Below are positions 1-13,900 of a stretch of DNA of 64,000 nt, one piece after another. This DNA is from Kudoa neothunni. Lineage: Eukaryota; Animalia; Cnidaria. The notes beneath the pieces were generated by a model that saw only the letters and a list, made by a program, of their open reading frames with translations, did not search any database and was not told where the DNA came from. The translations under genes and the position numbers were made by a program. Position 1 is the stretch's first letter. Each line of letters starts with the position of its first letter. The stretch is from positions 8,191,744-8,255,743 of the forward strand of contig OZ199840.1 of assembly GCA_964304625.1 (NCBI GenBank), given 5' to 3'.

Positions 1-486
1 TGTAAGCGAATATGAATATTATAAAAAATACTAAAAACACTTATTAATTTATATAGAAATAAATACAAAAAACATTTAACGTGATTTTTATCCAATAGAA
101 TCGGAATGGTTATAATTCCAATTCTATTGGCGCGTTTATAATCGTATGTCCCTTTTTTTAAAAAAACCTAATATAATATTGATTAATGTTGTACTTATAT
201 TATTTTCCGTTCATTCGCCCGTATACACAAAAATCTTTCCTAATGAAGGTTGGATTATCAAAAGTTTCATTTGAAACTGTTTTTGACGGAATGAATAATT
301 AAAAATGTTAATTTTTAAGTCCCATCGATAAATTAAATTAGATCTGACCGAACATATTTTAATTTTAACGAGGAAAGAAATATATTAACTTCTTTCAAAT
401 TTTAATGTGATAAGGAGGTTGTTTTAAATATTATAAGCAGTTTCCATTAAAAAATCAAAACATCTGAAAAAGGTTGGGAAACATTG
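1..486 (-). mobile_element. Non-autonomous hAT-type (Buster/Charlie-like) element, truncated by the window edge; diverged copy of the element at 34745
   Basis: The reverse complement begins CAATGTTTCCCAACCTTTTT (hAT-type terminus) and aligns by eye over ~450 nt with 34745-35290, with shared blocks such as aaagattttcgtgtatac and ttaaaaattaacat. Confidence 0.75.
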
Positions 487-546
487 CAATAAGGGTTCAT
501 ACTCGCCCTTCTTCGTCATTCCGAAGAGACTGTGAAAAGTTGGTTA

Positions 547-669
547 CCTAGTAGATCCCAGTACCCACATTCTTCCCTTTGAACAAGGATAATGGCTAAA
601 ACAGAAAAAAATGATAGATATAGCAAATAATAGATTTTTGAAATATCTCAATGCTCCACATAGCGTCAT
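547..669 (-). CDS. Possible first exon of a signal-peptide/anchor protein gene running off the left edge
   Basis: ATG at 669 reads MTLCGALRYFKNLLFAISIIFFCFSHYPCSKGRMWVLGST, followed by a plausible donor AG|gtaacc. It is divergent from NSE4. No homology recognised. Confidence 0.3.
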
Positions 670-958
670 TAAAATTAGAAAGAACAACTACTCTACCAAC
701 TCTTCAAATACTACATCAAATAATTTAAAATGTTGGTTTTAAGAATTACATATTTCATCGCGTAAAAATATAGAAATTCAGGTCACTAGTATTTTTTTAC
801 GCAAGCGCAAAACGTGCTAAATTAGAGTTGCCGGTGCTTATAACCCGTGTAAAGTATTTTGTATTGCTCGATTGTTAGCTCGAGGGTAGCACTATTTGGG
901 GATTAAACGATATATATAAGAAAAAAAATAAATACCAAACTCTAAAAATTTACCCAAT

Positions 959-2232
959 ATGAATCGCCAATCTATCCGAGAAACATATAAACAGTTGGTT
1001 AACGATGCCAAAAGTATTTTATAATGAAACCACTAATTTTCGAACGTTATCAATTACGTTTAGAATATGTGGAAGAAAATGATATGGATGGTGTGGTACA
1101 GATTTGTAACAAAATGAAGAAAATCTACAATGAAGGTATTTTGTTATTCATTAGATTATCTAGCATATAATCATTAGTCAAATACACACGAGAAGCTATT
1201 TTGGATATTACATTGATGAATCATTTGGCCAATTTCAGCTACAAAAAAATACAAACCATCGAAACCAACTTTATATATTTTGACCCTAAGGTTTTCGTTC
1301 AGAAATTGGTAATCACAATGGATGATTTTATGTTATATGTTATTACTGAAATAGTTGGAATGTGACAGAGAGGCAATACGAGCGGATTTCTGTAAGGTGG
1401 CGTATGTTCCTCCAATTCCTTTTATGTAAATCGCTGTGTGGTTCTTTTTAAAGTGAATGAACACTCGATTAGTCATGTCGATAATAGTATAATTGGTGAG
1501 AACGAAAAACCTATGAGAAAAAGGAGAAGCATTCACCTAGATTCGAGTGGAGTCACTAACGAATTGATTAAAGTTTCCAAAGTACATGGCCACGAAGTGG
1601 ATAGCAACGTGACAGACGAAAATAATTTTTCACTTAATATTATTCGGATATACGATATGATTAAAAATTATGTAAAAGGTAGTGAATATGAGTTGTGTGT
1701 AGTTTGTTGATTTATGGCTACACTGTGCCACACATAGAAGGACACATTCCTGTGTATTTATCAGATGTGCTGGCAAGAGCGAAAGATTTTTCCCAAGCTG
1801 TGGATTTTAATTTTTGTATTGCGTTTTTAGTCAGAGTATTAAATTTTTTAGCTGTTTTGAAAACAACTAAATTTTTGCATTAAGGATGGTCGAATCAAAA
1901 TGAAAGCCCAATCAAACGATGCGTCAAATATCACTTTGGGTAAGATTTTGATAATAAGTTATTAACTGTTCAACTTGCGAATGGATTAACGAACTTTACT
2001 GTTTAAAGAACCATTGGAGGAAGAGCCGAGTTCAGCCCAGACAAAATCCACCATCTCCTCTGGTAATGAAGACCTCAAAAAGTCACAATACCAACAATTG
2101 GTGCTGCCATTGTGCTATGACACATGGAAAGTAATTATTTTCTCTTAAAATTGTAACATAACTTTTCTACCTCTACTAATTCTATTATTAATTATTTTTA
2201 TATAGGAACAGAAAAGGGACGGGAAGTCTTAG
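959..2232 (+). CDS. NSMCE4: Non-SMC element 4 (kleisin) of the SMC5/6 complex, multi-exon
   Basis: The spliced N-terminus MNRQSIRETYKQL...VKYTREAILD...FDPKVFVQKL and the C-terminal FSQAVDFNFCIAFLVR/DGRIKM...QLVLPLCYDTWK match Nse4/EID motifs (REAxLD, FSQxVENxFxxSFLxxDG). Short GT-AG introns; ends EQKRDGKS-TAG. Confidence 0.8.
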
Positions 2233-2382
2233 TAATATGTAAATATAAATATAGCATGACTAATTTTAAAAAGTTTTCAGTAATAAAGTCTTCGAATTCT
2301 AATAAAATTTATAATGATAAAAATTTTTTCGAAGGATCTTGTAATTATTAAGACAACAGCAGTGTTTTTTTCGCATTCATAT

Positions 2383-3214
2383 TCAAGCTTTAGCGTCCTT
2401 TTGCTTTTGCTGACGACGTCTGCGACCCCTTGAGCTCTAAACAACAATGCGTCGCGATTACCAACCATTGTAACTTAATAAAAGGCGATACCTGCAAGAT
2501 AGTTGAATAACTGCTACTGACTAATGAATAAGGCACAATTTCGGTGGGATTGAACGAAGGTTTAGTAGATTTGGAAGATTCACTTTGAGTGGTTGTAGAA
2601 TCGTGCACTCGGAATCCTTTAAGGTCGATCTGATTGTAATAAATAAGATCAGTTAAAAATACACACGGCACCCAACTAGACACTCACTTTATCATAGAGT
2701 ATAATGACTGCTTCTTTACATTTGACGGGAGCATTGAATAGAGTTCCATTGGAAATACGTAACATAGTCAAACCAACATTCTAAATAATGTTTTGTTTAA
2801 AGATAATTGCTTGACTTGATAATGTATAAAACTATTAAAATTACATCGTAGAATCCTTGCAAAGTAACGACCACATCTCTACTGCGAGTGTTTGTCTCAT
2901 ACAACTTGATCAAAGAGAAAACAACGTTGTTTATTGTTGTGACAACAAGATGAATATTGCTTGTGTGAGCATCCAGCAAAGGAAGATATAGGATACCTTC
3001 TTTGGTGGAGAAGTAAGGCAGAATTAGTGCGAGCGAATTTAGGAAAGTGTTCATCCAAAAATCTTTTTCCATTGATACAAAAGCTACAACAACATTAATT
3101 CACTTCAACATGCGAATGTGTATATGTAAATTTACTATCTGTTCCTTTTAAGTAAGAAAGCAAACTGTCTCCACCATGCACAGACCCTGCGGTGAGTTCA
3201 ACAAATAAAGGCAT
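2383..3214 (-). CDS. Hypothetical ~200 aa protein, 5 exons, convergent with NSE4
   Basis: The ORF stays open across four GT-AG micro-introns: MPLFVELTAGSVHGG...TFVSMEKDFWMNTF...KCKEAVIILYDK/IDLKGF...SSRGRRRRQQKQKDAKA*. Basic NLS-like C-terminus. Family not recognised. Confidence 0.6.
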
Positions 3215-3282
3215 AGTCTATTAAAATGCATATTTTAGAGTGATTTTGGGTACGAAAATAACCAATATATTTTATGGCTACT

Positions 3283-3295
3283 GGCGCGGGAAAAT
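3283..3295 (-). promoter_or_regulatory. E2F-type site ~70 nt upstream of the 3214 ATG
   Basis: GGCGCGGGAAAA (reverse complement TTTTCCCGCGCC) matches the E2F consensus TTTSSCGC and is an isolated GC-rich word in AT-rich DNA. Confidence 0.4.
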
Positions 3296-4316
3296 TTAAT
3301 GTCCAATTATATGCAATTTTTTTGCTTCATTTCTAACTTAGCTACTCTCGCTTTAATGTCGCTTTAATATCGCATTTAGGTGATAATTTGTTAATAATTG
3401 TTTTATTATATTTAGAATTTTTCAATTAATGCAAAGAATTATCCGTTTTAACCCCTACTGTGATCCACTTTGAAAAATTTATATTAATAAATTTTAAATT
3501 CTCCCAAATCCGAATAAATTAATTCAAAGTTAAACATGTAAACTCACATTAAATTTCGGAACATTTTTTAGTTTTTTATGTGTAAAGATGTACACTATTG
3601 TTTAGGGAATAAAAGTAGGAAAATGTTTTGAATTTTATTGTTCATATATGTGTGTAGGATTATATGAACGTATACACTTCCTGGATACTCTCTTAACAAA
3701 TGGATTATATCAAGAAAGTAACAATAATTCCGCATTTGTTATAATAATATTTCTTCTTGAACTAATTATAATTAATTGTTTTAAGAACAAAATATAGGAG
3801 ATAAATTTATATTTAGATTGGTAAAAATGTAAAATATAACATTATTTAAACATTACTTCAGCACCTTTTTAACTTTGACCAGCTGGAACTAATTTTGAAG
3901 CACTAACGATACAGGTCACATGGGTCTTCATCATATTTCAAGGTCTAGATTTAATTTTTTAATAGAAATTAATGATTTTAATATCTAACCGGCTTGTGTA
4001 AGATTTCTCAAAGGTTTTTATCGCTTATTATTATAATAATTTTTTATTTTTTTGGAGGTAAATATGTAAATCTTGAATAACATTTAACACCTTCAATACA
4101 CGATAAACTACAATTGATCAACACTGCGTAATGTATCGGATCAATTTTCGTCAACGTCAAATCAATTTATTGAAATAAAATATTATTTCTTTCTTTGTAA
4201 AGTAATTATTTCAACTAATATTTATGGAAAAATATATCGAGAGAATATATTAATAATCGGATATTAGTTGAAAAATTAAAACTGTTATTTTATAATTATG
4301 TTAAAAGAGTATTAAA

Positions 4317-7300
4317 TTATAAATGATGTGTTTCATTTTGATAAATGGAACAAAGCGATATTTGATATTTGTTTGAATTAGGAGAAAACGGCATTATGAT
4401 TATGAGGTAGGGGAGATACCCCCATTGGGATCCGGGATCGGGGACAGGAAGGGTTGATATCCTTCGAGAGTAAATTAGATTAATTTCATGTCAATTTGTT
4501 ATTTTTTTAACTGCTATATATGAACGAATTTAAACAAATCTATAATCCAAATGAAAAATTTCTTTAACATATATCGAGATATATTAATATCATTCCTTTG
4601 AAAAGGTTAAATTCTAGTGAAAAATTTATTAATTTTACAAATTTCATAATTATCTAGTAAAGCTTTTCTTTTCACATAATTGATAATTCGTAAAGAACGT
4701 AAGGAGAATTATCTGGTGATTAAAGGCCTCATTAATTAAATATTTTAAACGATGACATTTAGTAAGGTTGAAAATTACTTGGAGAATAAAATTGAATACC
4801 AAAATATAAAAAATCGTTATCACGCGTGCGTTAAATAAAAACCTATCAGACTTAAACGCCCTTATCTGATCATCAATAACCGCGCCAGTGTGGCCAAGCT
4901 AAACCTAGCAGATATTATACTCTCAAAGCATCAGTTCCACCATATTTTATATTTATAGCCTCTTGCAATATGGAAGACGAAGTGGAATTTTGAGAGCGTC
5001 GTAAACCATCCAGCAAGATTCCTTTGAATTCAAATATCATTCCAATCTGAACCAACAGCAGTATGACTTCATCAATACACTTCCATCGTTTATAAAATTC
5101 ATCAAATTGGAAATTGGGATCAGACAGACCTCTGATTCCCGCGGCAATGTGAGATTCTAGTGGAATCATGAGTTTCTATGGGGATAAGGGTAAAGAATAT
5201 GTAAAGAAAAATGAATTGTTACTTTAATTTCATCCATGGTTTCAACCACCATTTTCATCAATCTATCGCATGTAGCACTTACTCCAAAAACACCCATGAT
5301 AGACGCAAGTGCGATCATCTCTACAAAAAAATAAAAGTGAAAAATAAACCAAGTTCCATACGAGCATGGCTGAACACTCTCATATAAAATAACCACATGG
5401 TTTACTTTTAATGGTCTTAATTAAGAGAAATTAAGATTAAAATTTGTGTAATTTAAACGCTGCTAACTAATATAATTTAGAAAAATATGATATTGAATTT
5501 TTAAGGTTAGATTTCTTGGAGATCATTTTTATTCAACATTAATGACAACAAATATAAGTGTCTTTATAATCTAAGTCAATAGTTAAAATTTATAGATGAC
5601 AGGGGAATATAAATAATATTGTTGGACAGTTCATTTGAGCTAATCGATAGAATTATTCATACGCATGTGATTTTATTTTACATTGGCATAAGATTCCAAT
5701 GTATATAATGAAAAAATAATTTCATCGATATAATTAGATTTGAATTGGTTATCATGAAACTCAAAAGTATTTATTTAGGTCTATATTCACTGAGCACACA
5801 TGCTCAATTAAATTGAATTTTAATAAGAAAATACACGCAGCGCACATATTCAGAAAAGTTGTTAATCTACAACTTTGATAGCCTTTCTCAAGTCAAATAA
5901 TCGAATAAGAAAACAAGGGAGTGAGCGAAATAAAAAATGATGACGTACCTTGAACATCAGTATACTCTTCGATGGGTAAAGGACTGGACACTTTGACTAC
6001 AAAACATTTTCTCACGGGCGAAAACAACATTCCTTCGCTACGGCTTTTTTTACTCAGAATATTCTCTATATACCAATCGGAATAGATAGCGGTGAGAGTG
6101 ATATTTTCATCGGAAATTTCAGTCATCAAACTTTCCGCCAAAAGGATACCAGCAAAAATACGATTGAAATCACATTGAACTATTAATTTTACAATAAGAA
6201 GAGTGATAATTTTTGTTTCGGGCAGATAAAAATGACGACTTACGTAGATCACTCATCAGAGTTAAACCTTCATAGATAGATTTGAGCAACATAAGCACTG
6301 TACTGGGTTTTCGTATCTCATGCACACTTTCCAATCCATCCGGTGCTGGAAGATGAATTTGTTTTACAGTCTTTATAAGACTTTCTTCAACATTAGGAGC
6401 CATCCACATAGCTACATTAAACACCAATCCACCCAAGGTAATCTGAGGGAAACATCCAACCGAATTAGCCATATTCAAAAACATGTCCAATTCAAATAGA
6501 TCCTCTTCACTAATGAGAAAAAGATTCATAGCTCGGTTTTTGTGGCATTAACAACTGCACAATGACAAATTACCTTTGTGTTCCAAAATTGGTGATACGT
6601 TGAAGCAACTCATCCGAATAGCTGTGTGGCAATGGAAATACAAATCTCGCATTCTCCTGCACAGCAGGTGAATTGTTGATCCATATGAGTGACGTGGTGT
6701 AATCTCCCAAATTCATATATTGATACATCAGTGTTTGTAAAAGTGTGGAGAATGTGACAAACAATTTTGTCGATATCGATTCCATATAGTTGGATACCAT
6801 GGCAATGTGAAGTTCGTAAAACATTTGAATTTCTTGTGAGCCCACATAAGTGGACATGGGATCAAAGTGTTGAAGAGAGGTGGGAATCGATAACAAATAA
6901 TAAGACAACCCTGGTTCTACGTAAGCTTCACGAAAAACGGCTTCGATCAATTTATGGTGGAAACTACGAGTATCAAAAAATAAGATTATAATCTTGTATT
7001 TCACAGTTATATATTAATCAATAATTTGATTGTTTATTTAAAAATATAATTAACTGGATAAATTGTAAATTAAGAGGGGATCATGTTTGATTACTCTTAT
7101 TATTTTAAACAAAATTCAATAAGTTATGATATAAATTTGAAAATTTACAACACAACAGAGTCATGTGAGTTAAATCTATTTAATATAGGAATGATATATT
7201 AATTTGGAAAAAACACCCGTCCAATAAATGATTGATTATTTATTTAATTAATTAATTAATTAATTACACGATGGGGGTAATATCAAGATGACGTTGAAGA

Positions 7301-10300
7301 AAGCCGGTCACATCGTCAACAACAAGAGCGTGGAAAGCAAGGTTATTGAGAGTGGCAAGAGAATGGGTATATTTTGGAAGTGAGGAAACCGAGTTTTTGT
7401 CAATAACCTTTGCTTGAACACGAAGCCAGTCCACATACAATTTGAATACGCTCATGTCCTCTTTGATGCTTCCATACTCTAAAAATACAGTCAGCATCAT
7501 CGATGTATAACGCCAATCAAGTAGACGCAACAATGCAAATATTAACATACCAACTGGTGGAAGATTTTCTAAAAATTTAATATTTTCTTCGAAGCACACT
7601 TTTTCATAAGTAGAAAATTTGCCATTCTAAATCAAGATTTATTGTTGATATTGACGATGGAAATGGAAACTACTTCTGCAATATATTTCAATGCGTCTTT
7701 ATCGTGCCCGACCAAAAATTGATGGAAATAATTATGTACAATAAATTTATAGTTGGTAAACAGGTCTAAAGTTTAATAACAATTTTTTCAACAAATGTAC
7801 GTATCATATATTTACTTTTCAGTATGATAAGATAATGCAGGACTACACACAAATCTCTAAATAACAATAGTTCGAAATTAATAAAAGAATGAATGATGAT
7901 ACGGGTCGATAGGGACTTCCAGTTCCTTTTTTTTATTAACTCTGAAATTTTCCGGTAGCATCTGGACGGCGTAGAAGTTGAGTTCTGCCACTGCAGCCTT
8001 GTACAATGTCATCAGTTGGATAAACTAAAATCTCATTTCAAGAAGAGCAATCCAATTTTTGGAAATTGAAATTTTAAATAATTCGTCTACCCATTCTAAA
8101 ATTTGAATTTCGTTCGAAATACTATTTTTTAAAATAATTTCTAAAAGTATGGCGAAATTTCGTCGGCGCAAGCGGGGATATGGAAACATTTGAAAAATGA
8201 GCAATAGCGGGAATAAAAACTTTGTTATATTGAAAACAAAAGGATTATTCAACAAAAACATAATATTGGAAGTGGTAAAGTAGGAAGTGCTACGGAAGAT
8301 TAAGAACCCATCCCTCTGAAATTCGTAATATTGATAAAATCGGTTTCCATAACCATATTATATCCTCTGATAAAAGTATTGAACTGAAATTAGAAAATTT
8401 ATGTTTTTATTAAAATTTTTAAATGAGACAAATATTATTACTACGCTAACTTATTTTGATTTATAATTTTTTTAATTAAATACGTTACGCAAAGTCAAAA
8501 ATATGTTTAAAATATGCGGAGAAAAATTTATGTGAAATTCCATGTTATGTTGTGTAAAATTATTCATTGACAACTTTTTTTAATTAAAAATAATGTATAT
8601 TTTATTACTTTATTAGATTTTGATGTCAATAAAGTGTCTTTTTGATTAAATTTATATCTATATTAATTTTATTTTTGTTAAATAAACTATCTAACAAATT
8701 TATTTCGTCGATTATAAACAATATGACTGGTATATAGGGATAGTAAAAAAATATAGTTAGGATGTGCGAACTAGATTTAAATCGAAAATTGCATGCCCTA
8801 TTTATATTTAAATGAAACTCCTAATATTGTTCGAAATCCCGTTATTTAATAAAATTACTGAGACGTCGAAAGTTTACGACATACAAAAGTTTATCCCAAT
8901 TAAAACGAATTTCAATCCAACATCCATATCGACTTCATTGATATAAATATCAATTTTGTTTCGCAGGTGCGGATTTTGAGAAATAAATTTTACGATTTCA
9001 CCCCTCTCAATACATACAAAGTTTATTAAATGACATTTAATCGCTAATCTCTAATATTTAAGGCAGAATATAACTGAATAGACGTGGGGAGACAATGTTA
9101 CAAAACAATAATAAGGACTTAAAATTAAATACTTTAGGCCCAAGAAGACCAGGTTGATCTTGTATTAGAGGAACTGTTTCCATGAGGATATTTTTTATGT
9201 GTTGTCTTTTGTTACGATGGTTGATCATGCTAAATTATTGTTTTCATGCCCACTCTAGAACATAAAAAACTTACGTATTTCCAGGGCTGTTTTGATTATC
9301 ATTCACAAATTTGATCAATTTAGATGTGCTAAATTGATAACAAACAATTAGAAACAAATCAAATAAATTCAATGCAGAAATGGCGCAGTAATACGCATAT
9401 TCAAATGGTCCAATTACCCTTTTACACTTTCCAACCAATTCACAAGATCACGCTTAGCTTCAACAAATTCATCTTTGTGCACTTGAACCACCTCGAAGCT
9501 GGTAAGAATAAGTGATAGAATTCGTTCTAACGAGCTTCCAATTGTCACAGCGCTCGGGCAAATAACGATACAAACTAACCACCAATTACCACAAACCAAT
9601 CAATAAAACCTCGTACAATAAAACCATCTCAACAGTTCAAACCCAGAAACTAATTGAAGCATCGGCTACAATTAGCACATCAAATATCAAATAATCGATA
9701 ACAATTTTAACAATAGTTAAATAGTTACATAGTTGCATAATGGAGGAATGGCCAATTCATGTGAATTGGAAAGGATACTATAAGTGAACCCAGCTTTCAT
9801 CTAAATATCATTTGTCACAATGTTATGAGTGTGTGTATTCGCGTTATGTAGAATTACCTGTTCAGCATCAATACATTTGAGTTGTAATTCGGATAGTATT
9901 GATTCACCAATGGCTTGTAGTTTCTACAAAAATGGATATATACATTCGAGTTGATTTTAAAACACGCAATCGAATAAACAAAATTCAAATACAGGAACAA
10001 AATTTTCAAAATCCTCAACCAATCTTCGGAATGGCTTATTGGAGTAATCAGTAATAAATTGAGCAACTCCAAGGAAACTTGGTTCACTAAACACAATAAA
10101 AAAATACTACCGAATCAATTCGATAATTACGGTCTCTTATTGACCTCTTCGAAAGCAGCAGCATACAAACCAACAACTGATTTCACATCTTCAATTTTCG
10201 TGAAGAAAAAAAACGAACACACATAATTGGACACAAGTTCCAATATCATAAGCAAAATATCATTGGATAATTTCTATTTGATAAGAATAAAAATAAGCAT

Positions 10301-10872
10301 ATGCAAAATATGTATTTAGAGATAAATATCTAAAAAAGCTACCAGCGTTATTGTATTTATTATTTGTCCAAGAGCTAACATAAGTGTGTTGATTAGCAAC
10401 TAAAATTTAAATATAATCAAGAATTCGAATTCATCAACAACAACAACAACAACAATATCTACCCTAAATTTACCCAAATACACAAAACCATTGTAATAGA
10501 TATCCAATGATTGTAGTATTTCGGTAGGTTTTGGATCTACATCTTTATTTTTCATCTACAAAAATTTTCGATGAACGTGGTTATTTTTCTGTTATAAATG
10601 TGGTATCAATCAAATACAGCAGAGTTTTGCAAAACCGGAAATTTTCTGCACACACTTTTGCATAATGCGTCCACTCCTTTATGCTTCATTATAGCTGGCC
10701 GGATCTATAAATGTACACATGTGTGTGTGAGAATGTTGACAAATTATCTGCCATAACGATTGATTACTTTCTTGCACAGGTACATATCGTTTATGAGGGT
10801 TCTAGATGCCTGCACCATAACATACAATGTCTCACCAAATCTAGGTGATACATATTCCAGATTTAGAGACAT
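4317..10872 (-). CDS. NCKAP1: Nck-associated protein 1 (Nap1/Hem/Kette; WAVE regulatory complex), >20 exons; 3' end uncertain
   Basis: The manual splice product is colinear with NCKAP1: VCRKFP, EILQSLDIYY, KIEDVKSVVGLY, QDQPGLLGPK (diagnostic), VDWLRVQA, YSDWYIENIL, IEEYTDVQ/EMIALASIMG, IDEVILLLVQIGMIFEF. A ~1.1 kb phase-0 intron lies at about 8025-9132. Confidence 0.88.
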
Positions 10873-10902
10873 GTTTATTGTGCGAGAGAATAGATTTTTT
10901 CA

Positions 10903-13900
10903 CTAGCGATTGACTTAGTTGAAAATTAGTATTAGAATCTAATACGACCAACCTGATAATTCTTTAAGTGCTTGCGCATATGCTACTTAAAGATTAACGT
11001 TGTTTGGTTGATGAGATGGGTTTGTGTGTGAGTACCCTCATCCCTTAGCGAGTCACCTGCCCTACTGTATACACCGCTTTTCCATATATCAGCCTCTGTG
11101 ATGGTTGGGAACTGTTGTAAAATGTTTTACACGCGGTTATCAATCAATTTATTGCATTCAATCAATTATTATATTATGTACTGGTAATAACCATAATCAC
11201 CACTATCAATAGCTGTCGTTGGTCAACTGAAATAATTTTAATCCATATTATCACGTCAATAATAATCCATTATATTTTAAATTGATATTTTGTACTAAAA
11301 AAATGTGTTACCATGCTATAGACAAGCATGAGAAATGAAAAGACGATCGTAAGTTTAACCTCATAATTAACACAATTGGATTCTACAAGTTCAATAATGT
11401 AATCGAAATCTGATTAGTCCACTATGTAAATAACAAACGGGGCCCTATTCTTAGTAACCAATAGGATTAATCCTTCGAGTGGATAGATCCAAGAGGATTA
11501 TCAATATCGGATTAATGTTTACGTTGATTTCTATCAAATTGTAAATAATTGTTTTCAACTATCTTAGGGTTTTTTGCGATAATTTTTTTGCGTTTTAAAA
11601 TTTGAATCCCCGAATTGTAATCAATTCAAACAAACATTGCACTTTCGTGTATTCGCTCGGGTTCGTGTTTTCACGAATTAAATACCATGCCCAAGTTTTG
11701 GCACAAAACACAACGAAATTTATTTTAAATACAAATTTCAGGCACGAATCGCTAATGAAATCATATCCATGGGTTTCGTAGGGGAGGTTTAATTTTTGAG
11801 ATATATCGAAATTGTGTCTCCGTAAATTTTATTTTTATATTAGTAATAAACTGATCCTTAAGAAAACAATAACATAGATTTTACGCTATTTACACTACGA
11901 AATTGTATTTTTAATAATTTTTCTCAATCAGAATTATATATTATGCTCAAATCGATCCAGTTGATTCTAGAACGTATAAATTTATTATCACCATTTCTAA
12001 AAATCGTGAACGTGATGAAAAATGTAATGCGTGATGTCGACAGATTTAAACCTCAAAATAATGGGATTTCCTATGAATAGAAACTTCTAATGCTGGTTAC
12101 TACATAATTAATTTTATAATTTGATGGGAGCATGATTATTATGAGTTCGTCTTTCAAAAAATGTTTTTAATATGTGTTTATTTTATTTAAAACCACAAAA
12201 ATATAGCTTAACGATCTATTGCATTTCATACAAATAATAAAGTTGAATTGGGAGAGTTTTCCTCCATCTTTGGTAAATATGGATTGAAAATTCTCTCATA
12301 ATTTGATCTTACTGCTAGACATCTTCCACAAGTAGAGAGCACCATTATCTAAACTTTTTTCACATCGTTAATATTCGAGGAATTCATCTCGAATATAGGT
12401 TTAAAAATAGGAGTGTCGAGACTATTGAATATTCGAAATCGAAAATACTTACATTGAGAAATCTCTTAAAACAACTCCAAAAATACGCTAATCCATTAAA
12501 TTAACCTATTTAAGTTTATATACGTATTTTTTACTTACGCAATAAAATAGTTTTTTGTAAAAATATTAAATCAGATCAAATATAAATTTCTACAATCCAT
12601 AAGTATCCCAAAAAATTAGGACAACTATATGAAGTTTACCATGCAACATTGTAGTTTAATGCCAGTTTTATTCCACTTTTTTTTTCTTTAATTCAGCTTT
12701 TTATAAAAGAAGAATTGAAAAATTAATTGATAATAAATTTTTTTACATATTTGCATTGAAGCGAGATTAAAAAGCTGATCATTTGGTTACTATAAAAATT
12801 TGATGATAAAAGGATTTTAATTCCTTTTAATGCAAATAAATTGTCACCTAAAAAATATATAAACTAAAAAATGAATGGATTGATTAATTAATTAATTAAT
12901 TGGAATTGTTTTGTAAAGAGTTGATAGTAGATATATAAGTAATGACATAGAAGATAATTTTTTATTATTAAATGTGTGAAAAGCTTACTTAAATGGCCGA
13001 ATCATATAATTTTGAAAACTAAACATTATTAAAAAATTTATTAAGACATATAATTAATTTAGAAGTTAATGGAGGAATAATAGAGTGAGTTTTCATTGGT
13101 TTTCCGAAACTTAACGAAGATTTTACTAGTGCCGATGATGTATTCGGGATTTGGCGGCAAAATTCTAAGTTATAACAATTAGTCGAATCCTTGCTTTAGT
13201 TATTCATCTATTTAATTATGAGCAATCGCTTATGACTAGGTAAAAATAACGTTCAAAAGGCCGTTTTTATATTCTCAATCCAACTTTATTACTTGATCAA
13301 GAACGCAATTACTTCAATTTTAACAAACACCTACTAACTAAATTAACTAACTTAAATGGTTATCATATATTTTTAAGAAATCTAATTAAAATATTTACTA
13401 TAAACAAAGTACAGTTATAGCAAATGAAATTCCAAGCGTTAGTTCAACTCTGTAAATTCATACATATACCCTCAATAGAGCAACCAAAAAGTCCCATTTT
13501 AAGGAAAAAGTATCTCGATACCCCATTTTTTAAAGGATTAATTTCAAACTGTCATGGTGGCACAAACACGAACGAAAGTACATTGTCTGAATTCAAGTAG
13601 TCTAATTCTTAATTAATTCCGAAGATGTGCGAAATCTTGTAATTTCCAATTTAATGTAATATATTACAACTGACATTTTTTTAATCTATAAAAAACATGT
13701 AAATAATTTATGGCTTGTTAAGCTTGCTGTAGCAGACTTAAATGAGGATAACTTCCAATATTTATGTCCGCGCTCGGGGCGAAAGAACACAATCAATGAA
13801 AGTCGATGATAAATTTAAAAACAGTTGTAACCTCGTTATTAATTTAAATAATCTGATTAATTCAATTTCAAAATATTTTTCTGAAAATGATATTAGAAAC

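Noticed and set aside
4843-4876. C/D box snoRNA (TGATGA...CTGA on the minus strand)
   Set aside because: The boxes span only about 30 nt, which is too short, and the segment overlaps a probable small NCKAP1 exon.
4915-7599. SPG11- or FANCA-like identity for the helical ORF fragments
   Set aside because: After splicing, all fragments are colinear with NCKAP1 (DQPGLLGPK and other motifs).
8280-9080. Extra NCKAP1 exons (LSEDIIWLW; LINFVCIERGEIV) inside the 1.1-kb intron
   Set aside because: The phases do not fit, and the direct GPK/FIQLMTLY junction already restores the homologous sequence.
10873-10905. In-frame fusion of the orphan gene to NCKAP1 using the stop-codon AG as an alternative acceptor
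   Set aside because: The phase-1 junction plus 30 nt to the ATG is out of frame, and read-through would need two consecutive stops (TAG TGA).
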